64,000 bases of DNA from Eledone cirrhosa (taxonomy: Eukaryota), in the NCBI GenBank assembly GCA_964016885.1, contig OZ024740.1:115196001-115260000 (forward strand), in the 5' to 3' direction. A model generated the notes under the pieces. That model did no database searches, had not been told where the DNA came from, and worked only from the letters and a program-made list of their open reading frames with translations. Both the position numbers and the translations under genes were made by a program. This document shows, one piece after another, positions 41,228-54,504 of this stretch (its first letter is position 1; every line of letters begins with the position of its first letter).

Positions 41228-42100
41228 TCGGGCAATGTGATCGGTGGAAACTCCACCCTGGCGTTCTATAGAGAATTAGTGGAGGGGAAGAGCGACGACG
41301 TACTTGGGGAAACTCTAGGCGTCGACGAAAACCAACTAGCCAATCTCTTCGGAAGAACTTTCGGGTCGGGGCTTATGGACAACTTCCAGAAATCCCTGGC
41401 CTGGCAGTGCTACCGAGGAGCTTTGCCAGTTCGGAATAAACTCTACAGGCATGGAAGTGCCGTCAGCCGGGCATGTCCGAGATGCGCGCAGGGCGACGAA
41501 ACCGTCCTGCACGCACTCAGTGTCCAAGAATTGCTGACTTGTGGGTTTATGTCGAACACCTGCTGTCGCGTGTAGAACGGTCCGGCTATCAGCTGAGTCC
41601 ATCGTGAGGATTGCCCCACCCTCTTCCTTTAACCGGGAAGGGCAGGCAGTTTTTATCTGTCTGGTGGCCACAGCGAAAGAGATAGTATGGTGGACGCGTC
41701 TGAAAGGGCTGAAGACGAGCACTTAACTCTTCGGTGATGCCCTGATTAACTTTTTCAAATTTCATTTGAAAAGGAAAATCAGGGTAGAGAGGGAAGTGCT
41801 CTCTTCCCAGCATATTTTGATAGATGGGTGAGAGAGGCAAGAATGGCCTGAGTATATGCCTGTAAATTGAAGAGGGCACTTGCCCTGGTGGTCAGGGTCA
41901 CCGTGGCATTTTTTAATGGGCTTTCTACACGATGGCCCTCAGAAGTCTCCCCCCTATTGGGGAATTTTTCATTGTCCTTTTTTGTTACATTCTCTGTTTT
42001 TGTTATTTTTACACACAGAAATGCCCATTTGTACCGTCCTGTATTGTCCTGTACTGTCCTTAATCTCTTACTTTGTGTAAACCCTTGTGGTTAATAAAGA
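41228..42100 (+). mobile_element. Tx1/L1 LINE 3' fragment
   Basis: FQKSLAWQCYRGALPVRNKLYRHG..CPRC..ETVLHAL. Homologous to 7955-8890. Confidence 0.9.
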
Positions 42101-42119
42101 AAGCTTCTAATATTAATGA

Positions 42120-42233
42120 TAAAAATATTTACACGCACGAAACCCACATCGTACCGTCCTGTACCGTCCTGTACCGTCCTGTGCCGTCTGTAATGTTTTT
42201 CTTGATGATGAGCCCTTGTGGCCAATAAAGAAA

Positions 42234-42236
<3 letters not shown>
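42120..42236 (+). mobile_element. Tx1 3'-UTR-only copy followed by (ATT)n
   Basis: Ends GCCCTTGTGGCCAATAAAGAAATC, as at 4664-4687. Confidence 0.8.
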
Positions 42237-42280
<44 letters not shown>

Positions 42281-42282
42281 AA

Positions 42283-42470
42283 GGCGTGGATTGGCAGTAT
42301 CGGTAGAGAGTCGGACGCCATGCTTTCCAGCATAGTTACGACCCTTTACGGTCTGAGTTCAAATCCCGCCGAGGTTAACTTTGCCTTTCATCCTTACGGG
42401 GTCGATAAAATAAAGTACCAGTAATTTACCGGGTAATTGCTCGCCTTGTGCCAAAAGTAGAAACAATTAT
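42283..42470 (+). mobile_element. tRNA-derived SINE, full length
   Basis: TGGCAGTATCGG A box, GAGTTCAAATCC B box, family core and tail. Confidence 0.92.
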
Positions 42471-42479
42471 TATTATTGT

Positions 42480-43290
42480 TCTTTGAGTCTCAGTCATTGA
42501 TGTTAGTTAACTGGAAAGTTTGTTGAAATGAATATCAAGCCACTACCTGCAGCCTCAGATATTCAGGGCGTATCGGAGGGTTCTTGCTGTTCCCAGCAAG
42601 CATGCCTTTTGAAGCGTTCCAAAAAGTAGGGCGGGGCCAATTTTCTTTAACCATCCCTGGAAACTTTTTGAGATAGTACCTAGTGCGCCTATGACAATCG
42701 GGACCACTTTGACTTCATGGCAGTTCCAGATCCTTTTTATCTCCCACTTTAAGTCCTGGTATCGGTTAATTGTCTCCCTCTCCTTCTCTTGCACTCTCGT
42801 GTCGAATAGGCAGGCCACATCCACAATCAGACACGATCTTTTTTCCTTGTCCAAAACCACCAGGTCAGGTCTATTGCGTTCCAGTTTCTTGTCCGTCTGT
42901 ATCCTAAAATCCCACAGCACCTTCACCTGATCGTTTTCTATCACCGACTCTGTCTTATGCCCATACCACTTCTCAGAATGTGGTAAATTGTTTACTCTGC
43001 ATAGGTGCCAGTGGATCACCCTGCCCATCACATCATGTCTCCAGCTTTTATAGTGAGTCTTAGCTAGGTGTTTACACTCGGATACAATGTGAGCCACAGT
43101 CTCCTCTCTCTCTCCACAGATCCTGCACAGTGGGCTAGCCTCCTCCTTGTATATATGGTGTTTCATTGCGCAGCCATTAGCATTCCTTCTGTAGCCTTTT
43201 TAAGTCTCCTCTTTTCAACCAGTTACATGTCTGTGGATCTCTGAATTCAGTTTTCTCAAAGAAGGTACTATAAAGGGATTTTTCATGAAG
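42480..43290 (-). mobile_element. R4/Dong-type LINE 3' fragment (CCHC + REL endonuclease)
   Basis: CRICGEREETVAHIVSEC, RHD, RPDLVV..DVAC, VPIVIGALG. (ATT)n on both sides. Confidence 0.9.
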
Positions 43291-43343
<53 letters not shown>

Positions 43344-43779
43344 TTGTTATCTCTGTTTCAATTTATTAAAGCCATTTCCATATTTCAACTCTTAACAGTA
43401 TGATTTCTCTAAAGTTTCGTTCAAGTGTCGTCACGTGATGTATCATTAGATAAATAAGTGAAGTGATGGGTGAAATTTTCCTACCGAGAGCAAGAATCAC
43501 CTGTGGATTCTCATCCTATGAGTTAAATTTACTAAATAATTCAAAAGTGCTGTCAAACCAAGCATACCTTATTACCATACATGTTCTCAATTATCTCGTA
43601 TATATGTAGAAAATACTGGGTTTAAAGAGCTTTACATGATAACTACGAGACTAATGATCTGTTTCATTCAGATTATCACAGACCGCGTCTTCATAGATGT
43701 TTGCAAAAGTATATATATATGTGTGTGTGTGTCTGTGTCTGTGTCTGTGTCTGTGTTGTGTGTACGTGTGTGTGTGTAC

Positions 43780-43812
<33 letters not shown>

Positions 43813-44059
43813 TATGTGTGTGTGTGTGCGCGTATGTCTGTGTATGAATTTGTAATACTTTGTGGAGTCGTAGAGGCACTGTAAAGATAGGCGTTCCCTG
43901 GGCATTCAATTACTTCAAGAGGAGAAGAGAGAATGATAACGAAGTATTTTACTGGTATTTTATTCATCTCTGTTCGAAAACATGTCACAGGTGGCGGATA
44001 GCAATACTGTCACCAGATATGATGGTTAGTTTACGATAGAAGTGGGCTCTTGTATGACG

Positions 44060-46805
44060 AGTAAGCAACTCTGGACCAACAACGATAAACTACTAGGGGA
44101 GCTGCAGCAATGGGTGTCAGTTTTAGCTCCCAAGAAAACTCTCACAACCAAGTAATATAGCTACGACGAAACTAGTAAAGGCCGCCTCTAAAAAAGACCA
44201 GTCTTCGTGTGTCTGAGAAAATACCTTTTTGGTGACTGGCGCGAATATGACCACCAGAATAACAATATGGTGAAAGGTAACAAAAGGAATCATACCGCAT
44301 CGTCCATTGTGCGGGTGAACAAGGGGTCTGTTCAGGTCTTAGGCAGAGGGGCCTGTTCGAAAAATATATTGCAGTCTCCATTTCATGCTGTAAAAACTGG
44401 GGATGGGCCTGCGCCAAGTCCTTGGGAGTTGGACAATGGACGCACAAACATTACGTATCCGGAGACACTAAAGATGGAGCAATCTGTAAAGATTGTAACC
44501 TGGAACATCAGGACCCTTACAAGTAAGGAGCAAGAAATAGTAGAGGAAGCTAGATGCAATCGACTAGATATAGTCGGGGATTCCTCAACAATGTTCCGTC
44601 GTTCTGGTAACCTAGATTTGGATGGATGTTGGAAACCCCACTATTCAAGTGTGGTACCAGAATTAACTGTACAGCCTAGAGTGGGGATACTCACAAGCTA
44701 TCAGCTGTCAGAATGTGTTATGAACTGGATCCTGTTAGAAGAGACGCTTTTCCTCTTGAAGCTTAGGTTGTAAGACAGGTCTCTGTAGGTGATGCTTCTT
44801 TATGCCACAAACAAGGAGTCGCAATACAATTCTTACCTTGATGAAGTCAGTGCAGCATTAGATATAGTCATGATTGAGTCATATATTCTAATAGGAGACT
44901 TCAATACACATGTTGGCACTGACCAGTTGGCATGGAAAGAGTGATTTGAAGGAATGGCAATCCCGATCTAAATGTGAATGGAGAGGCTTTATTAGACTTC
45001 TAGCAATGGACTCCCTATTATGAACACCATCTTCCAGCACAGAGAAATTCATAAATATGCATAGTATAAGGGGAATCAGGGACAGATATCGATAATGGAT
45101 TTCGTTATTGTCTCTGATCTCTTCGATTCTGTGCTGGATGTTTGTGTTAAGAAAGAAACTGAGGTGCCAACTGATCATCATCTAGTTATTTGTAACTTAG
45201 GACTACTTAAAGCCAAAGAAGCCCACACAACTGGCATGCCCAGTCCTATGTACATGATAAAGTGGGAAGCGTTGGTGGATAAGGAAATTAGGACCAGGTA
45301 TGAGCATACTATTGCATCTTAATTTAGAGAACTCCCTGAACAAACTGAGGATGATGAAATGGAATGGAGACTGTTCAGCTTGGCAATTTCTGGATCAGCT
45401 GTTAAATGCTGCGAACTAAAGCGGTTTGTTAGGACGCCACGTGGCAGGAAAACAATTTCATTCAATCAAGCGGTCAAAGAGGCCATCCGAGCAGAGGAGG
45501 TCAACAAAGCTTGGCTTGGAATAAGTCCTTTGTCTTGCTATTGCAATACATCCAAAGTTAAGATATGGGAGGACCTTGGGGTTGAACTGGAATCCGACTT
45601 CAGATCAGCAAATAAAAAGTTTTGGCAGACCATCCGCCATATTTGTAATAAGAAGCCCTCCCCCTTATCTGCTCTCTGAGAAGTGCATCCTTGCGATGTG
45701 GAGAGAATATTTGGGAAAGGTGACTAATCTCTGGGAGGCTGATGCCACAAGAGCAATTAAATAGCTCAAATGAAACGCGGCTTCTCGTGAGGATATATTC
45801 GGCCTGGGATGTTAAAAGCCTTAAATAGAGAAGGTATTATACTCGTGTGTGCCAGGTGGTCTGGTTTTCTGGAAAGGCATCTAAGCAATGACAATTGGGA
45901 GTGATAATCACTATTTTCAAAAAGGGAGACAAGGGAGATTGCTCCAATTATAAAGGGATCTCCTTGTTAAACCTCACCGGCACGGTTTATGGTGTCTGGC
46001 AAAGAGATATAGAGAGATTGTGGAGTCCAATCTCGCTGATGAACAATGTGGTTCTTGTCCTGTACGCATCGCATCCGAACTAATATTCCTGTGGTATGTC
46101 TTTGGGAAATCGTGGAAGTAGTGCTAATGGTATTTTTTGCTTTGTAATATCGAAAATGCATATGGCCACGTTCCCCGGGACATGCTGTAGAAGATTCTGA
46201 AGGAGTATGAGATCGATGGACAGTTTCTTGTCGCCCTTTAGTCTCCCTATTCCTGTCCATAAACTTCATGAACAGGATTGATATGTGCAGCCGGGTTGTA
46301 TGTTGGGTCCGAACTGGCGGTTGTTGGACAAGTTGGGTGGAATATGCCGATGACACTGTATTACCTATTTCGTCAGAAGAGGATCTCCGACATGCACTTA
46401 AAAGGTTTGATGCCAAGTGCTGCACGACTGGAATGAAAATGAGTGCTGCGAAACAGAGACATTCGTCCTTTCATTGAAACTTGCACACTGCACACTACAT
46501 GTGAATGGACCTCCACTAACGTTCAAGTATGTCAGGGCCGTGTTCACGAGTGATGAAAGGTAGGAGGCTAAAATAAATGCAAAAATTGCAAGAGATGGTG
46601 CAGTAATGCAGCTTCAGTATTCGGTAATCAGAAGGGAGGTAGGTGTAAAAGCCAAACGTGCCATCTTCCGTTTGGTATTCGTGCCAAACTTTATGAATCT
46701 TGGGTAATGACCGAAAGAATACGATCGCGACTACATGAGGACAAAATGGGTTCCTCCGAAGGGTCATTGGGTTAATGTTACTCGATAGAGCGCGTAGTTC
46801 GGAGA
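44060..46805 (+). mobile_element. Degenerate RTE-clade LINE (APE + RT)
   Basis: IVTWNIRTL, LIGDFNTHVG, TDHHLV, FKKGDKGDCSNYKGISLL, YADD. Many stops. Confidence 0.88.
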
Positions 46806-47015
46806 TCATATTTTTACTGCTACATTAATGGACTGCACTTGTAATTTCTTAACTAGTCGTGTTCTTTCTGTGAAACCCAGCCTCTCAAGATGTGTACTAG
46901 TGTAGTTAATAACGTATCCCAGGCCGCCACTAATCACAGGTATCAATCTGAAGTTATAATCAGGTTGGAATATCTGCAGATTTCTCATTAGTGCTGCATA
47001 GATATTCTCCTTTTG
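46806..47015 (-). mobile_element. R4/Dong-type REL fragment
   Basis: MRNLQIFQPDYNFRLIPVISGGLG, homologous to 50305-50430. Confidence 0.8.
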
Positions 47016-47054
47016 CTAATGTATGTATGTATGTATGTATGTATGTATGAGTGT

Positions 47055-47330
47055 ATGGGATAACTCCGGCATAAAACCCGCGGCTCAGTAGTTACCGATG
47101 ATGTTGATCTTTTCTTCTTTTCGGGTTATAGCTACTGTTGCTCAGAAAGTGCACGGTCTTTCCTCACTTTAAAAAAAATCTTCACGCACAGGCATTGCAC
47201 GATAGCATTAATTGTGCATTTTTTTATAATTATTATATACGATAGAATTAATTGTGCATTAATTGATAATTATTAATAATGTCATATCATGCAATGGCCA
47301 TATTCGATAACGAAGTGGGCAGCCATCATG
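47055..47330 (+). mobile_element. Diverged relative of the short RTE-derived element
   Basis: Shares GATGTTGA..TTCTTCTTTT, CTTCAC..CAGGCATTGC and the 3' TCGA.AACGA..GGCAGCCA.CAT end. Confidence 0.6.
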
Positions 47331-47921
47331 TATGTAAGTGTGAATAAATGTATGTAAGTATGTATGTAATCATGTATATGTGTAAGTATGTATGTATATA
47401 TAGGGAGTGAGAGAAAAGGGAGAAAGAGAACGTTACCAGCTTATTACGTAGGTGTTTGCCAGTTATAACAATTACTTAACCAGTATTAGTAAGTAAGGAA
47501 AGCAACTGATCGTTAGACCAGACCTAAAATACTGTTTCAATTGATCTTTCAATTGTTCTAGCTATCAGCCAGTCGCTATTTAAACTAAAAAAAATGCACA
47601 GAACCGGATCAGATGTCGAAGCATTTAATCCAACAGCATGACGTGGCTGCCAAGTTGCCGCCTTGCGATATGTACATGAAGAATTTGACTACATACTGCA
47701 ATATAATATATATTACACACCTTCCAAATAAACTTGCTTAAAAGCTTATATATATATATATATATATGTATGTGTATGTGTGTAATATGCCTATATATAT
47801 ATACATATATATAAACACACACACACACACACACACATATCCATATCCATACATATATATATATTTATATATATATATATATTTATATTGGAAAATGTGT
47901 GTAATCCTTGGTACAGTTAGG

Positions 47922-48174
47922 TATATTAAGACAGGGGGGGAAGAAAAAAATGGCTTCACTTGTGCTTTCAACAAATTTATTTTCTTCACAAAATCCCAAA
48001 ATAATTTTTTTCCGGATTAGAAAAAAAATTTTTTTTTTTTATTTTTTATAAAAAATAAAAAAATAAAAATTTTTTTCTAATCCGGAAAAAAATTCTTTTG
48101 GGATTTTGTGAAGAAAATAAATTTGTTGAAAGCACAAGTGAAGCCATTTTTTTCTTCCCCCCCTGTCTTAATAT
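47922..48174. repeat. ~250-bp near-perfect foldback palindrome
   Basis: TATATTAAGACAGGGG..TCCGGATTAG is mirrored across an A/T centre. (TA)n flanks. Confidence 0.92.
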
Positions 48175-48199
48175 ATATTTATATATATATATAGTAATA

Positions 48200-48376
48200 C
48201 TTGTTTCTACTTTAGGCACAACGCCAGCAATTACCCAGTACATTACTGGTACTTTATTTTATCGACCCCGTAAGGATGAAAGGCAAAGTTAACCTCGACG
48301 GGATTTGAACTCAGACCGTAAAGGGACGTAACTATGCTGGAAAGCATGGTGTCCGACCCTCTACCGATACTGCCAT
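48200..48376 (-). mobile_element. tRNA-derived SINE
   Basis: Reverse complement of the SINE consensus. Confidence 0.9.
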
Positions 48377-48444
48377 AATAATAAATGTGAAGACTAAAGT
48401 CCAAAGAGAATGATTCTTTGCTTAAACTTTAATCTGTTATTTCA

Positions 48445-48567
<123 letters not shown>

Positions 48568-48639
48568 GGGGGGGGGGGGGGGGTGCGCGTGCGCGTATGT
48601 GTGTGTGTGTGTGTATCTTTATATATAAATATATAATAA

Positions 48640-48776
48640 AGAAAGTCTGGTAAGGAACCAAGTGGACCATAACCCACCAGAGTACTCGATACTGAACTCC
48701 GGTCGTTTCGACAGCTAGATCCGATCTAGCTGTCGAAACGGCAGGAGCTCAGCCGTCGATGTCCTAACACTTTTCC

Positions 48777-48780
<4 letters not shown>
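48640..48780 (+). mobile_element. Miniature Penelope terminal-module element (antisense tail + sense end)
   Basis: 48645-48692 matches 17755-17800 (+). 48692-48780 matches 17820-17921 (-). AT-rich/(TA)n flanks. Confidence 0.75.
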
Positions 48781-48812
<32 letters not shown>

Positions 48813-49108
48813 AATATTTGTGAGTTTGTGTGAGAACGTAAATATTTGCGTGCTGTGAATGTTTGAACATGTTATTGACAATTGGAGGAATGTCGACCAG
48901 AATAATTTTATTTGGTATTCAAATCCAAAGACTTGGTAAAAGTTTACATATCGTAATTGTAAGCAAGGCCAAATGCTGGTAGTGTATATATATCCACTTT
49001 GTTTAAAATATCGAATTATACGCTATGTTGACTTATACACGCCCACATGCACATGCACACTGAAATACAAGCACGCATCCACGTATCCTGTCACGGACGT
49101 ACTAACAA

Positions 49109-49260
<152 letters not shown>

Positions 49261-50299
49261 AAGTGAGTGTGTGTGTGGATGTATGTCTGTATATATATAT
49301 ATATGCATACATGGAATACATACAATACATACATATCAATACATACATCCAAAGATATATATAATTTCATCGACGCCCTACGTAAATAGATGTGAAGCAG
49401 CATATGATAGCATATCATAGGATATATCTATCAACGGTGACGACTGAGAAACACATCACATTGTTACTTCTGATAGATAGAAAGAAAACCTCTTCCATAT
49501 GAAACAAATGGTTTGGCCACATGCAACCTGTTGATTGAAAATAAGCAGAGATCTCATTCGATATGTTCCATTCCCTTCTGTTGCCTCATTAAAATGTCTT
49601 TCCTCTGTCTCACTCTCCTGTCAGAACTGAATTACAAACCATTCTATGTATATATATTTATGTGGTTTATATATTTCTCTGCCTTCTTTGCTATTCGTTT
49701 TTGTTTTTGTTGATATATTCTCTTTTTGCTTGTTTTCATTTCTTTGTTTTCTTTCTCTCTTTCTTATCGTCTTTGGATTTTTGTTTCTTTTTTTTACTTT
49801 ATCACTTACGTCGAAATGCAGATGAAGGTAAATGTACATGTATGTATGTATGTATGTATGTATGTATGTATGTATGTATGTATGTATGTATGTATGTATG
49901 TATGTATGTACGTACGTATCTATGTACGTATGTATGTATGAATGTATGTATGTATATATGTACGTATGTATGAATGTATGTACGAATGTATGCATGATTG
50001 TATGTATGTACGTACGTATGTATGTACGTACGTACGTACGTACGTATGTATGTATGTATGTATGTATGTATGTATGTATGTATGTATGTATGTATGTATG
50101 TTTTTCTGGTTTTATAATTTCACAAATTTTTGCCAATAGAGAGGAGGTTTCTAACATAGACACGAGACTCTCATTGGAATTTACACAACATCAACTAGGT
50201 AGATATGTATGCATGTCTGAATGCACGCATGTGTAGATATGGATGTTATTGTATGTGTGGATGTGAATGTTTTGAGTTGTATGTGTGCATGCTTTACTA

Positions 50300-53200
50300 A
50301 CATATTAGAGGCAGTTACTAACATATCGCAGTGCCCCAATAACCACAGGCATACATCTGAAGGTAAAATCAGGGTGGAGTATCTGGAGATTTCTCATCAG
50401 TTCTGCATAAATATTCTCCTTTTCGCTAATCTTTGATATTATATTGGCATTTGCTGGACAGCTAACTTCCACTACTGTGCATGCCTTCTTTTCCCTGTCC
50501 GATATCATAATATCTGGTCTGTTATGCCTGCATTTTATTGGGGGTTTTACTGGAACATTCCACCAGTACTCTTTCATATTTCGAATATGTATGTCTTCCA
50601 CATTGCTGTAGCTTTTAATGTGTTTATTATCGAGGCTATCTTTTCTACGAATTGCATTGTATAGTGTGTTGGCTTCTACATCATGCCTCATAGGTAGATA
50701 GCACCACGATGACATCTTTGGACAGCTGCTTATGATATGGGTGACATCTTCGATGTTAATTCTGCAGAGTCTGCACTTGTTGTCACAGCTAGGTGTTTTA
50801 CACTGCAACCCTATCTCTTTTGTGAATCAGGTATTTCGTGTTGATTTCCTGTTCTTGGATTGCAAAAACGTATCCTTCAAAGTGGGAGCCAATATAGCGG
50901 TTGTTAGTCCAAGAAAACTACTTTCTTTATCTATATTACGTTCACTCTGGAGTTTCCTGGCAACATATCCATACATGATTTTTTTTTTGCTGATAAGCAG
51001 GCAGTTTTTCATCCATGGATTCACTGCGATATTGCTGAGAAACTTCTCTGGGTGTGAGTTTTTGATTATCACACAGGAAATACCTCTCGAGAAGTTCCTT
51101 CCCAACTCTCATGCAGATAGACTTACTCGAGAGACGGGCTCCTACGCTTTGAGGTTCGTAGATGTTGTCGGACGGATATGATGCGACATTCAAATGCTGT
51201 CTAGACTGATATTAGGCTTCTTCCTCCCTGCTTACGTTTCAAGTAATGGCGGTCTATGTCACTGTTACTGTGGAAGTTTCCGGTGTTGTTCAGTATTTTT
51301 CGAGTTCTAACATCAATCGCTCGGATTTCGTCTATCGTCCAACTGAGTATTCCAAAAGTTGGTGTTAGGACAGACATAGCAAACACATAGTGAGCCACTG
51401 TTTTGTTTTGCGTAGACAGTTCCGATGACCATATCTTTCTTAATCGGGTCTAGCATTCTCTAGTTACGCGTTCCTTATTACAGATACCATTATAGCATAT
51501 GTTCTCATCTATCCCCAGGTATCTGTAGCAGTACTCATCAGATATTGGTGAAACAGTTAGGCTATTGATACAAATGTTGCTAGATTGGGTCGTTGTTTTT
51601 CCACGCTTTACAGTCATATATGAGCATTTATATTGGCTAAACTCCATTCCTATATCCTTTGAGAATGTTGTAACCAGGTCAAGATTTTTCTTCATCCCAT
51701 CCATGGCATAGAGTTTCAGATCATCCACAAAGAAATTATGGGTTAGGTTCGTGTTTCTGTCCTGCTATGAGCCAATGATGTATCCTTCACCTTTCTTGAA
51801 CAGAAAGGACAAGGGGTGTAATGATAACAGGATGAATAATATCACAGAGAGACTGTCTCCCTGAAATATACCCCTGCGATATTTTATTTAATCAGTGAAA
51901 ATAGAGTCTTCCTTCTCTGTCTTTAACTTTAGGATAGTAGCCCAAGAAGAAGGCAGCTTCTCTATGGCTCTGACAATAATGTCTGGGACTTTAGCAATTC
52001 GGAGGGTCTCTATCATCCAAGAGTGGGGAACAGCATCGAAAGCTTTCCTGTAGTCCAGCCAGACTGTAGCCATATTCCTCCTATGTTGTCACACCTCCGA
52101 CATCGCAGTTTTGTTGATTAGGAGTTATTCAGCACATCCCCAATCATCTTTCTTTCCAGCTGTTTTTTCATCTGTGATGATGTTATTATTTTCACAGTGA
52201 TCTTAGGTTCAGGCAGGCTGTATACATCTTAGACATCAGGTTCTGGCATGCAATAAGTCGGTAACTTTTTGCGAAGTGGGTGTCTTTGTTCTTGGGAACC
52301 GGTAATGTTTGTACTAATGTCAACCATTCTGGTATAAGTCTATGTCCCTTAAGAACTTGTTGGTAGAGGTCAGTAAGATACCTCCGATAGAATATCAGTT
52401 TTTTGCACCACTAGCCGACAATCATGTCTCTTCCTGGTGTTTTCTTATCTTGGAGTTTTCCTATCACAGTCTCAAGGGTACCCTCACTTATTTCGTATGT
52501 TTTTGTTGTGGTGTAGGACAATAGTTCTTTTGGAATTCGTTTAGCCACACTGCAGCTTGGTTGAAATTCTTCTTTTCACCCCATATTTTGCTCCAAAAGG
52601 AATCTATGTCTTTTTGGTATGGTGCCTCAATGACACTTCTTATTTTGCCTTTCATATCTCTATAGACTAATGTTTGGTTTCGTCTGAATCTTTTATTAAG
52701 AACTTTTCTTTCATCTACGTTCTTCAGGTATGAACGTTTTTCGCTAACAGCTCTCAATTCTTGTTTGAGGGTGACCAGCTTATATTGAAGATTTCTGGTT
52801 CTACTGTTACCAAACATCGGCTCTATTTTATTTTTCACTCTTTGTTGGTGAGGAGGGAAGTTTGTTTGTGTTTGTTTGCATGTAAGGAGCATTGTCACAT
52901 ATCCTATGGTTGTTCGTAGGTCAGCAATCTTTTTTTCTATTTTATTTATATATGATGGTATTTTTGGTGGTGTTTTATTCTTGTTAATATCTCTGCTATC
53001 ACCAAGATAATGCTTCAGTGTCGTTGCTAAGGCATATAAACAGGCGTTGATTTGCCAAAATGTTGGGGTTTTTATCCGTCATAAATATTCATCCCCTATT
53101 TCGTCAATAACACATAATATTTCATTATTTGCTTCTTTAATGAATATTGTTGTTTTAAAACGTTCAGCAAGAGAAATGTTTATACATGAATTAATTTCTC

Positions 53201-53760
53201 TCTGGAAGATTTCGTTGAGGGAAATGTTCAATTGTTTATACTTTTGATTATTATCATTGTCGATAGTATTTTCCACAATAGTCGATGGTACACGTGGTGT
53301 CAAATTTCTTACAGGCATAGTTGTTTCAAGTCACGCTTCGACCTGGCTGCTAGGAAGTCTAGTAGCATGGCGACTTGTGGCACGTGTTGTTGATTTCATG
53401 TTTGTTGTGGGGACTTACAATTAATAATATTTATCTTATTTTTACGTTCAACAAGCGTCGCTTGTTGGCGTAATTGTTTCGCTGTGAAGTGATTTAACTC
53501 TGGGTGTTTTTCGTCCCAGTGTAGCTTCATTCTGTTCATATAGCCAATGGAGGGATTGTTTTTTGCCATTTTATAACAATTAAATAAATCATTATTAAGT
53601 TCGCAACTCCAAGAGAAATGCGATTTATAATTTCGGTTTCTTCTGTAGCTACAACTGAATAAATTATTTTTATCTTTCTCGTTTTTCTTGGTACTCCACT
53701 GATGTTGTTGTTGTTGATGTTGTGTTCAGCCATGCTGTTTGTAGCAAATCCTTGTAAAAT
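50300..53760 (-). mobile_element. Near-full-length degenerate R4/Dong-type LINE (RT + CCHC + REL)
   Basis: N-terminal WSCELNNDLFNCYK..GYMNRMKLHWDEKHP; WLDYRKAFDAVPHSW; RGIFQGDSLS; VDDLKLY; CRLCRINIEDVTHIISSC; RHD; RPDI..VEVSCP. Confidence 0.88.
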
Positions 53761-54144
53761 GAATTATGTATTTAGTCACATATCTCTACGAATTCGAATG
53801 AAAGGTGTCTTCAGTAGATATAGTTAGAAGAATATCCAGTTATTCAACATAACTGGTAGTTGTGACATTACTGTCGGAGATAGTATTCATCTTAAATTTA
53901 ATGATTAGTCTCCCACACCAAAATATGCGACTGATCGCGTTGATGACTATGCATGTAGAAATGTATGTATGTATATATGTGTGTACATATGTATATGTGT
54001 ATGGATGGATGGATGGATGGGTGTATGCTTGTTAAATTATATTTACGCATGAGAGAGAGAGCGCGCGACAGAGAGTGCGTAAGAAGAATGTAACAAATTT
54101 AGAATCCACGTTTCTATTGATGTGTGTGTTTATATATATATATA

Positions 54145-54185
<41 letters not shown>

Positions 54186-54210
54186 TAGATATAGATAGAT
54201 AGATAGATAT

Positions 54211-54285
<75 letters not shown>

Positions 54286-54504
54286 TACAAATAGATAGAT
54301 ATACAAATCTCTATCTGCATGTGTTTGTACATACATTTGGCATTTGTAATTATGCGTGTGTAATGAATGTATGTATACATGTATGTACATAGGTATATAT
54401 ATGTATGTATACGGGTATGTACATATGTATGTATACATATATGTGCATATGTATGTATACATGTATGTACATATGTATATATATATGTACATATGTATGT
54501 ATGT

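Noticed and set aside
53536-53733. Possible host first exon (MAEHN...)
   Set aside because: After a frameshift it continues into the R4/Dong-type N-terminal motif, so it belongs to the LINE.
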